A DNA stretch of 64,000 nt. Origin: Chiloscyllium plagiosum. Its lineage: Eukaryota. The stretch covers positions 31,084,150 to 31,148,149 of the forward strand of contig NC_057720.1 of NCBI RefSeq assembly GCF_004010195.1, written 5' to 3'. The position numbers were made by a program, and so were the translations under genes. Shown piece by piece: positions 37,345 to 50,494 of this stretch; position 1 is the stretch's first letter; each line of letters starts with the position of its first letter. Below the pieces are notes generated by a model. The model searched no databases, was not told the origin of the DNA, and saw only the letters and a list, made by a program, of their open reading frames with translations.

Positions 37345-38342
37345 ATATATTTGAGTTCACCCAAGTCTCTGCAGCCCATTTCCTTATTCACACTACATCC
37401 TGTTTACCCATCACTCGTCTGCCCCTGATTAAGCAGCAGCTCAATTTTAAAATCCTTACCCATGATTTTCAAATCCCTCTATGGGATTTGCCACTTATTA
37501 TATCCATTGTCTACAGCTGTACAACCCTTGAGATACCTGGAATAATCTTATCATCCTCTTGTACATTCCCAAATTTAATCACTTCATCATGAACACTCTT
37601 TGACTTACCTATCCATATTGTGTCTGACACCATGCCTATCTGGTACACTACTGGCCGAGCATCCTACCTCGACCACTTGGCATCCTACTTAAATGGTGTT
37701 GTATCCCCCAGCACTCTATCCTCTTTGCATCCTACCCATCTCGCACTCTACACCCTGGCACCTATCCCTTACATCCCTGGCTGTTACTCTCCCGAAATCT
37801 CAACCTAACCTTCACCTCAGGAACTTACCTCTTGACAGCAGCTGTCAAAGTGGTTGTCTATGATTCTGGATCTTAACATTCAGAATATGGAAGCTTACTG
37901 CTGTGAAAAAGGGGGTGCGATTTGTCTTTCACAAATAGTTTTACATGAGAGGGAATTGTTAGACTGGAAGTATTTTTGAAGGAGCCTGGATTGGAATCTC
38001 CTGTCAGAAATGTGAAACTCTTTCATAGAGTAAAAAAGAGTGAATGATCAATCTATGTGAAATTACTACTCGTTGGAAATCTGGCACAATATCTATGTAT
38101 ACTTAGCATATGATTTACACTGTTGCTTCTCTCTTCCAAGTCTGTTTCAAAAGAATAAACACAAGTGATTTCTTCAAACCCTTTGGAGATGGCTGAGGAT
38201 TTGTATTCTTCAAGTTTGCATTTGCACAGTTTGAATCATTGGTTAACTCATCAGGAATGTCAGCTCCTTGGTTGTTTTCTTCCTGGACATCTGGATAACT
38301 AGTCCATCGCTGTAATGGTTATTTTCTCATTGATACTAATGT

Positions 38343-38676
38343 TTAGATTAGATTAGATTAGATTAGATTACATTACAGTCTGGAAACAGGCCCTTCGGCC
38401 CAACAAGTCCACACCGACCCGCCGAAGCGAACCCACCCATACCCCTACCCCTACATTTACCCCTTACCTAACACTACGGGCAATTTAGCATGGCCAATTC
38501 ACCTGTCCCTGCACATCTTTGGACTGTGGGAGGAAACCGGAGCACCCGGAGGAAACCCACGCAGACACGGGGAGAACGTGCAAACTCCACACAGTCAGTC
38601 GCCTGAGGCGGGAATTGAACCCGTGTCTCTGGCGCTGCGAGGCAACAGTGCTAACCACTGTGCCACCGTGCCGCCC
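38343..38676 (-). mobile_element. HE1/V-SINE, full length, young
   Basis: Intact A/B boxes, V-domain, CR1-like tail, (TTAGA)n; possible taatgt TSD. Confidence 0.95.
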
Positions 38677-38689
38677 ATAATGTGCTCCT

Positions 38690-41375
38690 GTTCCATCTGA
38701 TTCTCTTCTCTGGAGTAGAAAGTATCTATTTTTTAGAGCTTGTCTAATTTCCAGCTAGTTTCTCACTGTTGCGAGCCAAGTACCTGGCAGTCCAGGATGT
38801 GAAAGGCTCTACTTCTTCAATGAAATTCATCTCTTCCTCTTCCTCTTCATAACAACATATCTACTTTCCTTGAACATTTCATTAACTTTAATTGGAACTT
38901 ATTTTTACAATTTTGGTCGTGTTCAACAATGTTACTAGTAGCTTATTGTATTTTTCTATTTTAAACTGAAACCCTGAGGCAAAGATAGAAAACGTTTTGC
39001 ATGCCCATGTATCTTCTAGTGCTTCGTTATCGATCACAGCATACTCTTGTTTCGTTTCTGTCAATGAGCTGAATACAGAGTAAATGTAGTCTTCATTTCC
39101 ATCTTCTTGGATTTGGATTATCACTGACCCTAGTCCAGTTGATGACGCAGCAGGCACTACAATAGTTGATAGGTCTAGATCATAATGAGCTAGAATTTCA
39201 AATGCAACAAGTATTTCTTTATTTTTCAAAGGAGTTATGGTGAGTTTTATTCCATACAATGCTTCATTCTGTCAGAAGAGTTGTTAGAAATGTTTGTTTA
39301 TTTGTATGAGAAGTAATTAGAATTTGCACACTCTGTTGACCTCTGCAGTTTCCTAGATTTTCTGGGTGATGGGAACTCTTGGTAGTCCATGTCCTCTCTG
39401 TGTCTGCTGTAATGTCTCTTCCATGAATAATGTGTCCCAAGCACTTGATACTGACTTTAAGAACCCACATTTCTCACTTAAAATTAGCCCTGCTTCCTGC
39501 AAAGTTTTCAATACTGTTCAACCCTGTTGTCATATTCAGTTCTGGTTGAACCCATGTGTTAAAATGTCATCCATATGCACATATTGCCTTTTAATTCCTC
39601 TAGGATGTTTGTCACTGCTCTTTAGAATATTTCAGAGGCTGAATTACTACTGTAAAGTAATATGTTAAAGTAATATCATCCAAAGAGTGTGATGAACATC
39701 ATTGAGCATTTAGGTTCTTCATTCCACGGAGCTGCTTGAAACCATCATTAGTATTGAGTTTGGTGAAAACACACTGTTTGCTAGCTTTGCTGAACTTTCA
39801 TCAATTGATTGGATTTCTCACTCTATAGATTACTTTCAACATGTAAAGTCCACACAGATTTTTAGTGATCCATTCATTTCTAGAAATATTACCATCCCAG
39901 AATGCCAGTTTGTTGACTTGGTCACTAATGATTAATTTTTCAGTGCAACACTGTCACAATGTCATACTGTAAACTTTTCAAAAGTGGGCGTGGAACATTT
40001 CCAGATCCGATTAGACACGTTGGCTTGTCATGTCCTCTCTATGTTGGTAAAATGACTTTAGCTTCTTCAGATCACTGAAACACCACAGGAATTCAGTTCC
40101 TAACCCATCTTTTCCCCATGTTGTCAACTCTATCAACATTAAAAAGAAGTACTAGATCTGTGTATGCTTTTCTGCTCAGTAAAGAACATTTTTGATTCTG
40201 AATCACATGCAAAGACTTGAAAATTGTTCTACCTTGATACTAGAAGCTTGCAGTTAACTGGCCCTTTGTTTCTCTTTGATTACCTCCTGGTCCCTTAGGT
40301 CAAATTGAATGCCTGGACTGTTACTTGATTCAGCCATTCTATAGCATAGGAGGACTGATTCACTTGCCCCAATATCAAATTTAAAATGTGCTTGATGTCA
40401 TTTGTTTCTAGGTCAGCACTCGAATACATCCCATTACATTGTCTTATTTTTAATAAGAATGTGGTTTCACTACTGTTTGGCTTTTAATCTCTTGGATACG
40501 GTTCTTTCTTATGGGGCCTACTGTTATCAAGGTAAAATCTTTTTACTATGACAGATTGTTTTAAAATGTGGATGTTTTGATATGGTACTCCATATATTTG
40601 GCAGGACTGATACAGTCTTTCCTGGTCACAGAGAGAAGATTGCAGAATGGTACCTGCAACTACTTCTTTGTGCCTCCTAGGCTTAACTTTGATTGCTTTC
40701 ACTTTTGTGCCTGATATACTATCTCCAGTGATTTTTGCTTATCTAGCTAATTGCACTGCTTTTGTTACAGTTATATCTTTCCTGGACTGTAAGAAACCCA
40801 ATCGGGTTATTTCCAAAACTCCAACTGTAATCCCATCCCTAATCAGGTCATTTTTAATGTTCCAGTTTCAAAGTTATCTACTAAAATAAATCTAATAAAT
40901 AAATCCACAATCTTTTCTGGTTCTTGTTTCTGTTTATTAAATTTTGCTCTTTTTCTCTATATTTCATCAAACTCTGAACTAATGCCTCAAAACTCCAATA
41001 AGCTCATTGTAATTGGTTGTTTTGACATCTAGTGCCTGTTTTGCTACAATGTCATCTGCAATCTCACAGAGCAGGATATTGACCTAATCCTTATTTGATT
41101 TTTCCGCAAACCCTAAAATGTACCTGTACTGAGAGAATCATTCTGGCCAGTTCCGCCATTTCTCAGACTATCATTGGCATTCCACTTGCTGAAGAGATTC
41201 TGGTAGCTGCATGGTTTGTTCCATGGCTTAACTTCATTAGGGCTTGCTCCCATCACTGTTTCCTCAGAAGTGTTATCTTCTGCTTCTCTGACATGTGGCT
41301 GTTCATTTTGAGATTTTCAAACTGCACTCGCTTCTGCGATTGCCGCCGAGGTTTCTCCACTGCTCTGTCTTACTG
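38690..41375 (-). mobile_element. Highly decayed Gypsy internal region (gag, protease, RT, RNase H)
   Basis: RNase H ILAHYDL..ASSTGLGSVIIQ..SLTETKQEYAVIDNEAL..WAC (38888-39259); HMDDIL at ~39560; FKFDIGAS (protease-like) at ~40370. Confidence 0.75.
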
Positions 41376-41377
41376 AC

Positions 41378-42990
41378 AATAAGACCATAAGATAAAGGAG
41401 CAGAATTAGGCCTTTTAGCCCATCGGCTCTGCTCTGCCGTTCAACCATGGCTGAAATGTTTCCCAACTCCATTCTCCTGCCTTCTCTCTGTAACCCTTGA
41501 TCCCCTTATTAATCAAGAACCTGTCTATTTCTGCCTTAACTATATGCAATGACTTGATCTGCACAGCCCATTATGGCAAGGAGATCCATAGAATCACCCT
41601 TTGGCTGAAGAAATTCCTCCTCACCTCCATTCTAAAGGGTCATCCCTTCTCTCTGAGTCTGTGCCCTCAGATTCTAGTCTTTCCTATGAATGGAAACATC
41701 TTCCCCATGGTCACTCTATCCAGGCCTCTCAGTATTCTGCAAGTTGCAATGAGATCCTCCCTCATCTTTCTAAACTTTATTGAGGACTGACTCAGTAACC
41801 TTAACTGCTTCTCATATGTCAAGTCTTTTGTTCCCAGGATCATTCTTGTAAACTACCTCTGACCCCCTCCAATGCCCACATTTTCTTTCTTAGATACGAT
41901 GTCCAAAACTGCTCACAATATTCTAAATGTGACCTGACCAGAGCCTTATACAGCTTCACCAAGAGAATCCTAAACTAGGACTCCGAGGAGCAGGAGAATC
42001 AACGTCCCTGATGAAGGGCTTATGCTCGGAACATCGATTCTCCTGCTCCTCAGATGCTGCCTGACCTGCTGTGCTTTTCCAGCACCACACTTTCGACTTT
42101 ATCTTATATATTCCTTTCATAATTCTATATGTTTCTATAAGATCCCTTCTCATCCTTCTAAATTCTAGTGAGTACAATCCCAGGCGGCTCAACCTCTCCT
42201 CACTGGGTAATCCCCTCATCTCTGGAATCAACCTGGTGAACCTCCTCTGCACTGCCTCCAAAGCCAGTATATCTGTCCTCAAGTAAGGAGACCAGAACTG
42301 CGCACAACACTCCAGGTGTGGCCTCACCAACACCTTGTACAATTACAGCAGAAAATCCCTGCTCTTAAATTCAATCCCTCTAGCAATGAAAGCTAATATT
42401 CTGTTTGCTTTCCTGATAAATCAACTTTTAACAACTCATGTATGAGCACACCTAAGTCCCTCTGCACAACAGCATGTTGCAATCTTTCACCATTTAAATA
42501 ATGCTCTGACCTATTTTTACTTCCAAACTGAATAACCTCACATTTACCAATATTATACTGCCAGATCCTTACCCACTCACTTAACCTATCAAAATCTCTC
42601 TACAGACCCTCCACATCCTCTGCACCATTTGCTTTTCCACGCAATTTAGTGTCATCAACAAACTTAGATACATTACACACAGTCTCCTCTTCCAAATCAT
42701 TGATATAAATCATGAACAGTTGTGGGACCAACACTGACCCCTGCAGCACTTTGCTCAACACTGATCTCCAACCAGAGAAACACCTATTTATCCTAACTCT
42801 CTGCTTTCTATTGGTCGGATTTCTAGTCCTCTATCCATGCTAATACATTCTCCACAACTCCATGCATTCCTATCTTATATATGCCTCTATTCATCCTACC
42901 AAAGTGTATAACCTCACACTTTCCCACATTGAAATCCGTTTGCCACTTCTTTGCCCACTGTCCTAGCCTAAGTCCTTCTGCAGCCTCTGC
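41378..42990 (-). mobile_element. Cluster of CR1 3' fragments
   Basis: LYKVLVRPHLECCAQFWSP..LEAVQRRFTRLIP; WAKKWQTDFNVGKCEVIHFG; 3' tail at ~41380. Confidence 0.85.
41982..42097 (+). mobile_element. pLTR/HHR family A unit with short inverted 5' arm
   Basis: tccgaggagcaggagaatcaacgt fused to ccCTGATGAAGGGCTTATGCTCGGAACATCgattctcctgctcct. Confidence 0.82.
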
Positions 42991-43069
42991 TGTCTCATTG
43001 CAACCATCTATTATTGCTGGATTAGTCTTGGAGAAGGTTATGTGCACTGAACCTTTCACTAAAGTCTTA

Positions 43070-43268
43070 CCAGACCACAGGGCTGCTCTCTCATTCGACA
43101 CAGAGAGAGTGAGGACTGGTGGTGGATTAACCTGAGGGTCACCATGCCTCAGGTAAGGAAAGAGGTCGAATAAGAGAATTCTTCATGGAACTGCTGCCAG
43201 TGAGGAATTGAAACTACACTGTTGGCAACACTCCGCATTCAAATCAACCATCCAGCTAACTGAACTAA
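43070..43268 (-). mobile_element. Old tRNA-derived SINE
   Basis: Reverse complement tagttcagttagctgg (A box-like) and gtttcaattcc (B box-like). Confidence 0.55.
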
Positions 43269-43414
43269 ATGCACTATAATACTTAAGACAGGTTGCTGGA
43301 GTCAAAGGTATTTTCAAATAAGTGTTTATTTCTGTTCAAATAACAATGCACACTTAGACTAATATGAGGTCTATTCTGATGCTTGTCACTTCAGAGTTTC
43401 TCTATTATCATGTG

Positions 43415-44108
43415 TGTGCAGGTTCATTACTCCTTAAAGTGGAGTCACAGGTAAATAGGATAGTGAAGAAGACATTTGGAAGCTTTCCTTTATTGGTTAG
43501 AGCATTAAGTATAGGGGTTGGGAGGTCATGTTGTGGTTGGGAGGACGTTGGTTAGGCCACTTTTGGAATATTGTTTTCAGTTCAGGTCTCTCTCCTATCG
43601 GAAGGATGTTGTGAAACTTGAAAGGGTTCAGAAAAGATTTACAAGGATGTTGCCAGGGTTGGAGGGTTTGAGCTATTGGGAGTGGCTGAATAGGTTGAGG
43701 CTATTTTCCCTGGAGCATCAGAGGCTGAAGGATCACTTTATAGAGGTTTATAAGTTCATGAGGGGCATGAAAATGGTAAATAGACTAGATCTTTCCCCTG
43801 GAGTGGGGGAGTTCAGAACCAGAGGGCATAGGTTTTGGGTGAGAGGGGAAGAACTTAAAAGGGACCTAAGGGATAACTTTTCATTCAGAGGTGGTATGTG
43901 TATGGAATGCGCTGCCAGAGGAAGTGATAGAGGCTAATACAATTGCACTATATAAAAGACATCTGAATGGGTATATGAATAGGAAGGATTTAGAGGGATA
44001 TGGGCCAAGTGCTGGCAAATGAGACTAGATTAGTTAAGAATATCTGGTTGGCATGGACGAGTTGGACCTGTTGCTGTGCTGTCCATTTTTCTGACTCTAT
44101 GACTCTAT
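43415..44108 (+). mobile_element. CR1 3' portion
   Basis: TLVRPLLEYCFQF..KLERVQKRFTRMLPGLEGL..RTRGHR; (gactctat) tail. Confidence 0.9.
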
Positions 44109-44182
44109 GTGATCTATTGCATCACTGCTGGTGTAGCTTCCTATTTATATATTTAAGTGTTAACCCTTTACACTACACTACT

Positions 44183-44503
44183 GGGCAGCACGGTGGCACA
44201 GTGGTTAGCACTGCTGCCTCACAGCGCCAGAGACCCGGGTTCAATTCCTGCCTCAGGCGACTGACTGTGTGGAGTTTGCACATTCTCCCCGTGTCTGCGT
44301 GGGTTTCCTCCGGGTGCTCTAGTTTCCTCCCACAGTCCAAACATGTGCAGGTTAGGTGAATTGGCCATGCTAAATTGCCTGTAGCATTAGGTGAAGAGGT
44401 AAATATAAGGTGAATGGGTCTGGGGGGGGTTGCGCTTCGGCAGGTCGGTGTGGACTTGTTGGGCCGAAGGGCCTGTTTCCACACTGTAAAGTAATCTAAT
44501 CTA
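44183..44503 (+). mobile_element. HE1/V-SINE, full length
   Basis: tggcacagtggttagc, ggttcaattcc, V-domain, gggccgaagggcctg tail, taatc repeats. Confidence 0.95.
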
Positions 44504-45763
44504 CAATGGGCAAGAACATTCAGGACCGAAGGGGGACTGAACAAAAAAAAACTGAAAACAATACTGCATCTGAGCCAGAGGTGCAATTCTGTTCCTCTCA
44601 GCCTCAAGAAAAATATTTGATCAAAAATGGAATTTTCAGTGGTGGACTTCAGCAATGCTTTTAAGATTTTTACTGAACAGAATTAGCCGGCCTGCTGTAA
44701 AGTCCTGAAATTAGTCCCAGACTTATTTGCAAAGGCTCAACAGCCTTGCCGATACTCTACCTGACCATTTTTCTATCATTTGGTGAGGGATGTACTCTAT
44801 GTAAGTAATGAGTATGTGTACTCCATCCTCCATATTAATTCTCTGGCATTTAATTTATGCCTGAAAAATAGGCATCAAAACTTGAAATTGTCGAATTCTA
44901 TGAAGATCTTCAAATTACCGTTTATGGCATGAAGTAAAGACCTAGGAAGTTACTGAATATTTTCATCAGATGTTCACTCTCGCTCAAGATTTTTACAGAT
45001 GAGAAATTTTATTCAGCATATGTTAATTCATCAAGTCAGATCTAAGTTGTCACCTCCTTGTATTTGTTAACAACTCCTTTTGCCCCATTGTTCTGCCAGC
45101 AGCTTTGCTGTAGAATTGCACCATTTCCACATTTACATTTATATCTCTGATGTGATTTTTAAGCAGTGTTATATTTGTCAATGGCGTCTAGGTGATTGAA
45201 CTTTCTAAGCCTACCTTTGGGACTTCATTGATGCAAAACTGGTGTAAACTTCTGTACGATTTGAAAATTACTGTGCAGCCTTTAAAAGGACAAGTTAAGA
45301 TGTACTCTACTGCAGCAAACTGGGGAGCAAGTGAACAATAGGGAATAAGTAATCATGTCCTCTACGAATGTCTTGTTTACACTTTGACAGAATTATGATG
45401 GTTCAAGTACAATCTCAACTCAAAGGACAACAGTGAATGGCACCAAACTAGAGAAGAACACACAGCTTAGCTCATTCAGTCTTTCAAATGGAGTCATGAC
45501 AAGCTTACTCCTGGTAGTGGGTGCCACACAGGATTAGTGTCAATGGTGCCTGGGAAGGGATAAAACAGTCACAGCATAATCTGTAATTGTCAGAATTCCA
45601 GACAGCATGAGCAGGCAAAGTTACATCGTGAATATCTCAGCCTTCTGGCCCTTTTTCACCTTGGACACCAAGGGCATTCATCACCCTCTTGAAGTAACAC
45701 TTCAATGAATCTTTCACAGTGTGCACTGGTTAACAAAAGGTCCAACATGACATCTTCTGCTAT

Positions 45764-45785
45764 ACACACACACACACACACACAC
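45764..45785. repeat. (AC)11 microsatellite
   Basis: Direct reading. Confidence 0.95.
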
Positions 45786-46060
45786 CAGTAAAATCATTTA
45801 TTCTGCTTTGACAGCCTCACATCCTATTCCATATCTCTTATTTCACTTCTCCCTTGCTAATTGATGCATGTTCCTCAATTGTTAGCTAACGCCTTGCAGA
45901 ACAAGTCAGTACACATAACCTGCCAAGACACCCCTACCTTTAAACCACTCACCCAGATAACAGACTGAGCACGTACATATCATCTGGACATTTCTCTGAA
46001 ACACCACACAGACATAATCTTCTCTCCATTACTTAAGAAGACAACAGCTTTGATTCCTAC

Positions 46061-46164
46061 CTTTTTTGTAGATCTACCACAGAGCCATTCAACACAGGAG
46101 GAGGAGGAGGAGGATGATTATGGCAAGACAGAAGAAGATGTTGGAATTTAATTCGTCCAAGCAT
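46061..46164 (-). CDS. Candidate short first coding exon of an unidentified gene (MLGRIKFQHLLLSCHNHPPPPPPVLNGSVVDLQK)
   Basis: ATG with -3 A, open frame to an AAG|GTAGGA donor, inside the repeat-poor island; no homology recognised. Confidence 0.2.
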
Positions 46165-47490
46165 TGTAGCTGTATTATAATATCATCTCTCAGACTAGAG
46201 ACTTGGCCCAGATTGTAACTGACATTAGTGATGTAAGTACTCCCCTTTTCTCTCTCCAATTTGCATGCAGCATGAAGCACAATAATCACAAAGAATAATC
46301 AGCTCCACAGTGCAATCTAGTGAAAGGAGACAAGTCTACTCATGTTTTTCCACACAGTGAGGGACATACTTGGCTGCACTGTTGTCGGGAGCTGCCAGGC
46401 ATGAATGGAAGAGAGGAAATTGTGCTGGCTCGTCAGCCTGGCCTAACTCAGTAGAGATTTATTTCCTGGCGGGATTTGTTGATGTGTTATATTTATGTAT
46501 GTGGATGGTGGGAGTGAATGAATTTCTGTGGAGATTGATTTATCTGACAGCAGAGTTATCAACACCCAGAAATACATCACTTTCCCAAGGTATACATTCT
46601 GAACATTATTTTTCCCAAGGTTCCCATGGCTATTCCACCAAGGTCAAGGCAGGCAATAGAGAGAATCTCCATACAATTTTTATCCTTCTGTTTTACATCT
46701 CAGAGTGTCAGGATTGAATCCTATTGAAGTCCAATTCAACGTCTGATCTATTTAAATCCCCTCTGTAGGACTCATCATAATTTGCATGAATTGGGAATTT
46801 GACTCATGGAGATTATAAAAATGCAAATTTCACACTGGTATTTGAGCATACACTTGTGAGGCAGGATTTAACGCACAGTGTTCTCACAGCATAGCACAAG
46901 CTTTCCAACGCCACTCAATCTTACTAAAGAGCACTTAGTGTTGATGCTAGATGAAAAACAGTGGAGAACAACTCATTCCCAGAAGTTTAACATAATTTAC
47001 AAACATGTTAAAGTTTAAAAATGTATGAGCATACATCACTTGCAAATAACACAGAGACAACATCACACTAATACGCAGGTAGACTTGCTCACTCGCTCAC
47101 ATGTTTTAATTTATAAAGGATATGGCCTTTTATAGGTTCAAATCAGTCAAGTGGAAATTGGAAACATCTTTTGGCCCACATCTGTTTTCGTTGGAACATG
47201 TGCTTCCTCTTTGATTAAAGCACATAGACCAAATAATACCTTATTATAAAATATTACACAAAAGGAAGAAAGTACAGCTTCTACAGGAAACCATTGAGTG
47301 GTTTATCATGTTACAAATTTATATGTGCTGGATCTGTTACTGCTTTAAAAATAATAATAAGTTTTATTATTATTACTCTGCCTCCAAATCTGGGTGAGCA
47401 CAGGGCTCAGGTTTGAAGAAATTTCTTGGGTCGATCTGGATGTAATTCTGCAGCAGTGACTCATTGCGCTGTTTTTCTTATTCTTGGCAG

Positions 47491-47644
47491 GAATTTTCAT
47501 GTGAACAGAAGTGTTTGCATTTTATCTCCACATTCTTTGGCTTCTTTAATGTCTGTGTGGCTATTCCTGCCAACTGTTCAGTGGTCCACAACATGGAGTT
47601 CCATACCTTTCAGACTGTGCATAGATGGAAAGAAAAGGACTTTG
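47491..47644 (+). other. Candidate exon
   Basis: tttttcttattcttggcag acceptor, TTG|GTAAGT donor, aacATGG at 47593 giving MEFHTFQTVHRWKEKDF; no homology recognised. Confidence 0.2.
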
Positions 47645-50494
47645 GTAAGTACTTTTGATGTTTATTTTAGTCACTGACGCTGAAAGGGCTTTGAAACCTC
47701 AAGCTATGGTTTTCAGTAGCTGGGAATTGAATGTTCCACAGGTTCTTCCAATTTCTTAACACTAAGCATGAGTATGATTTGAAATGCAAATAGTGTCACT
47801 TTTACATTACATGTTAGGGAAAAAGACTGAGACATTATTCATGCTCATTTGATTATGCCTCAGCATATATTTTAGTGTCAATTTCTGCATGTGTAAATGC
47901 ATGTTGGGTTAAATTTGAATATTTAATACTTCTTCCATATTTGACTTCTGACCATGAACATTGAATAAGGAAAAAATGTAAATGAATGCCCGACAAAGCA
48001 GCGGAGGCAAACAGTGAGAGCAAGATACATAGGAAAGGAATTGATTTGTTTAGTAGCTCAGCTAGATGGAATCGTGTTATAAATAAGGCACATCTCTCAT
48101 ATGATATGCATTTGAAACGTATGTTTATTAGAACAGTGTCAGCTTTTATACTTTGTATACAGTAATTTGAGGAGTATCTAAATATTGAGTTACTACTGCA
48201 GTGCAATGTCGGCAGCATCAAATAAATTAAATATAGGGGTGGAATCTTCTGAGGCCCCACATCACTGGCAAATTCTCACATGCCAGCAAGTGACTTATTA
48301 GAATATTGCGGGCAGCACAGTTTTACAGGCAGCCATTTGCTGTGTGTGAAGTGTCTTTGACAGCACAATAAGTTGGAAATTTTCACCCAAAATTATCTAT
48401 TACAGGCAGTTTTGATCTTACCAATTTTCTCTGCCACCCCCTTCCCTGAAGAAACGAACTGTTTTCTCAAGTATACTCAGTCATGCTCTGGTTAAACTTC
48501 AAGAAAGCTCACATAGTCATTATTTATCTTTGAGCCTTGACTGTGAATGATAGGCTTTTTCGGCCATGAAACTCTCAGAACTGAGCTAGATCCTACCTCA
48601 GGCAATGTCACCACAGATGTACATCACATGGAGATTGTCACATAGCGACTGGAAATCCAGAAGAGTAATGGCTTCCCAACTCAGGGATGCAGTGGCTAGT
48701 TTAGAACCTTTACTGTTGCCTGGGCTGACTTTGCTTGGTTCAGTACAGAGCAGGAATAAGACTGGATTCTTGCAGCTTAGGTTCTTAATTTACTGGATTC
48801 ATTCACAAAATAATCGAGGGTTCAATTATAGTTGACACAGTTATTTGAAGTAAAGTACTTTTAATCTGATGTAAATGCACAGATGGGAACCCCAGGACTC
48901 ATTTAAACAATTAAATCTACAGTCAGTGGAATCACCCCCATGCAGCGTATCCCACACAGCACTTCCGCTCAGCTGCCGTGACTGCACATACTTATGATCA
49001 CATACTGCACGGGTTAACCACATCAGCCAACATGACAGAATCCCAATAATCTGAACGCAATTCTGCCAATTTAAAAATCATAATTAAGATTTATTTTGGC
49101 ATAATATGCCAGGTCACTAATATATGTCTTGAACATTTGTGGGAAAATGTTCATGTGGTGTATCAAAAATAGTCAGTAGTTTCCTTAAACATTACGAGGC
49201 GGCTAGTTTCCCAACTGGCTTTGCCACATTCCCTTTATTGGCCATCCACATGACAGTAATGTCACCAGCAGATCTAAAGTTCTGCTGTGTCCTACACACA
49301 GTACACATGCCGGTACAACCTGGAAACACATCTAGTGTGGAACAGTGTTTTCTTCAGCTTTCTGATGCTATCCATGTGTTAACGAAACTGATAGCTGTGG
49401 GTGTCAATGTCTGCCTCTCAAGATTGATGTTCCTTACTACCTCCTTGTGTTGGAGTCAGAAGATGGCCAGCAATTTCAATTACTACACAAATCTAGTACA
49501 GTGACTGCATGTATCCGTATTACTAGGGATACATCTGCACTTATTTCAGTGAATGATAGGGATTTATATGAATCAATAAAGCATAGGATTCTAAAATTGA
49601 CCTTTGCACCCTATCATTCTTCATTCAAGTCCAGTAGCACTCACCTCATCACTTGGACAAGCATGGCACCAATCACCTTTGCCTCCAATGGTCTGGTAGC
49701 ACTACCACACCACCCCACTACACACACAGCAACACCCTGGAATATAAGAGAAGATCTGTAGCACACAACTTTCATGAAACAAGTTGCATTATGCAAGAAT
49801 AGACAATATTGAGGAGCCTTGCACTGGTAAATGATTAAGGTTTATTCAATTTCTAAGTTTCAAGACAGAATAACAGCTGGTGGTGTGGTGGATAAAATAT
49901 ATTAAAATGACAAAGTATAAAATTGAATACAATAATTAAATTATAACACATTAAGGATGGTTAGACAGGTGATGTGATACTGGATACCACTTTTGTCCAG
50001 ATGAAACAAGCCTGAAATATATAGAGAGGTCTTGATGGAGTAGATATGGAGGGTGTGTTTCCTAGAAAATCTGGTTAAAATCCGAGGTTTGCAGACTTAA
50101 AACAGAGCTTAGGTGAAATGAGTCTTTGGAACTCTCTTTCTGAAAAGGTGGTAGAAGCAGTGCCCTTGAATATTTTTAAGGCAAAGTTAAGATTTTACTC
50201 AATAATGGAGCAGGCTTGAGACACTGAATGGCCTACTCTTGTTATTAACTTGTATGTTCGGACATGTCATATGGTTCTCTGACTGATCCTCACAGCACAC
50301 TAGTTCTTGAACCCAGGCTCATGTTAAACCTACTGGTACACATGGACACCTTACCTCACTAGCATACATTTCTTGCCATTAACACACAGACTAGGATTGA
50401 CTTGCCGTTTAGCCTTTCTTTTATGTGTTCTTGTGAGGGAAAGGCACAAAACATGTCTATCACCCAGAGTGTTGTCTTTTTCGATCATATTTAT

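Noticed and set aside
37900..38170. Putative LTR for the 38.7-41.4 kb Gypsy
   Set aside because: No second copy, PPT or clear termini
38600..38676. tRNA genes at SINE heads (also 44183, 52836, 60990)
   Set aside because: A/B boxes run straight into SINE bodies; no independent tRNA with terminator
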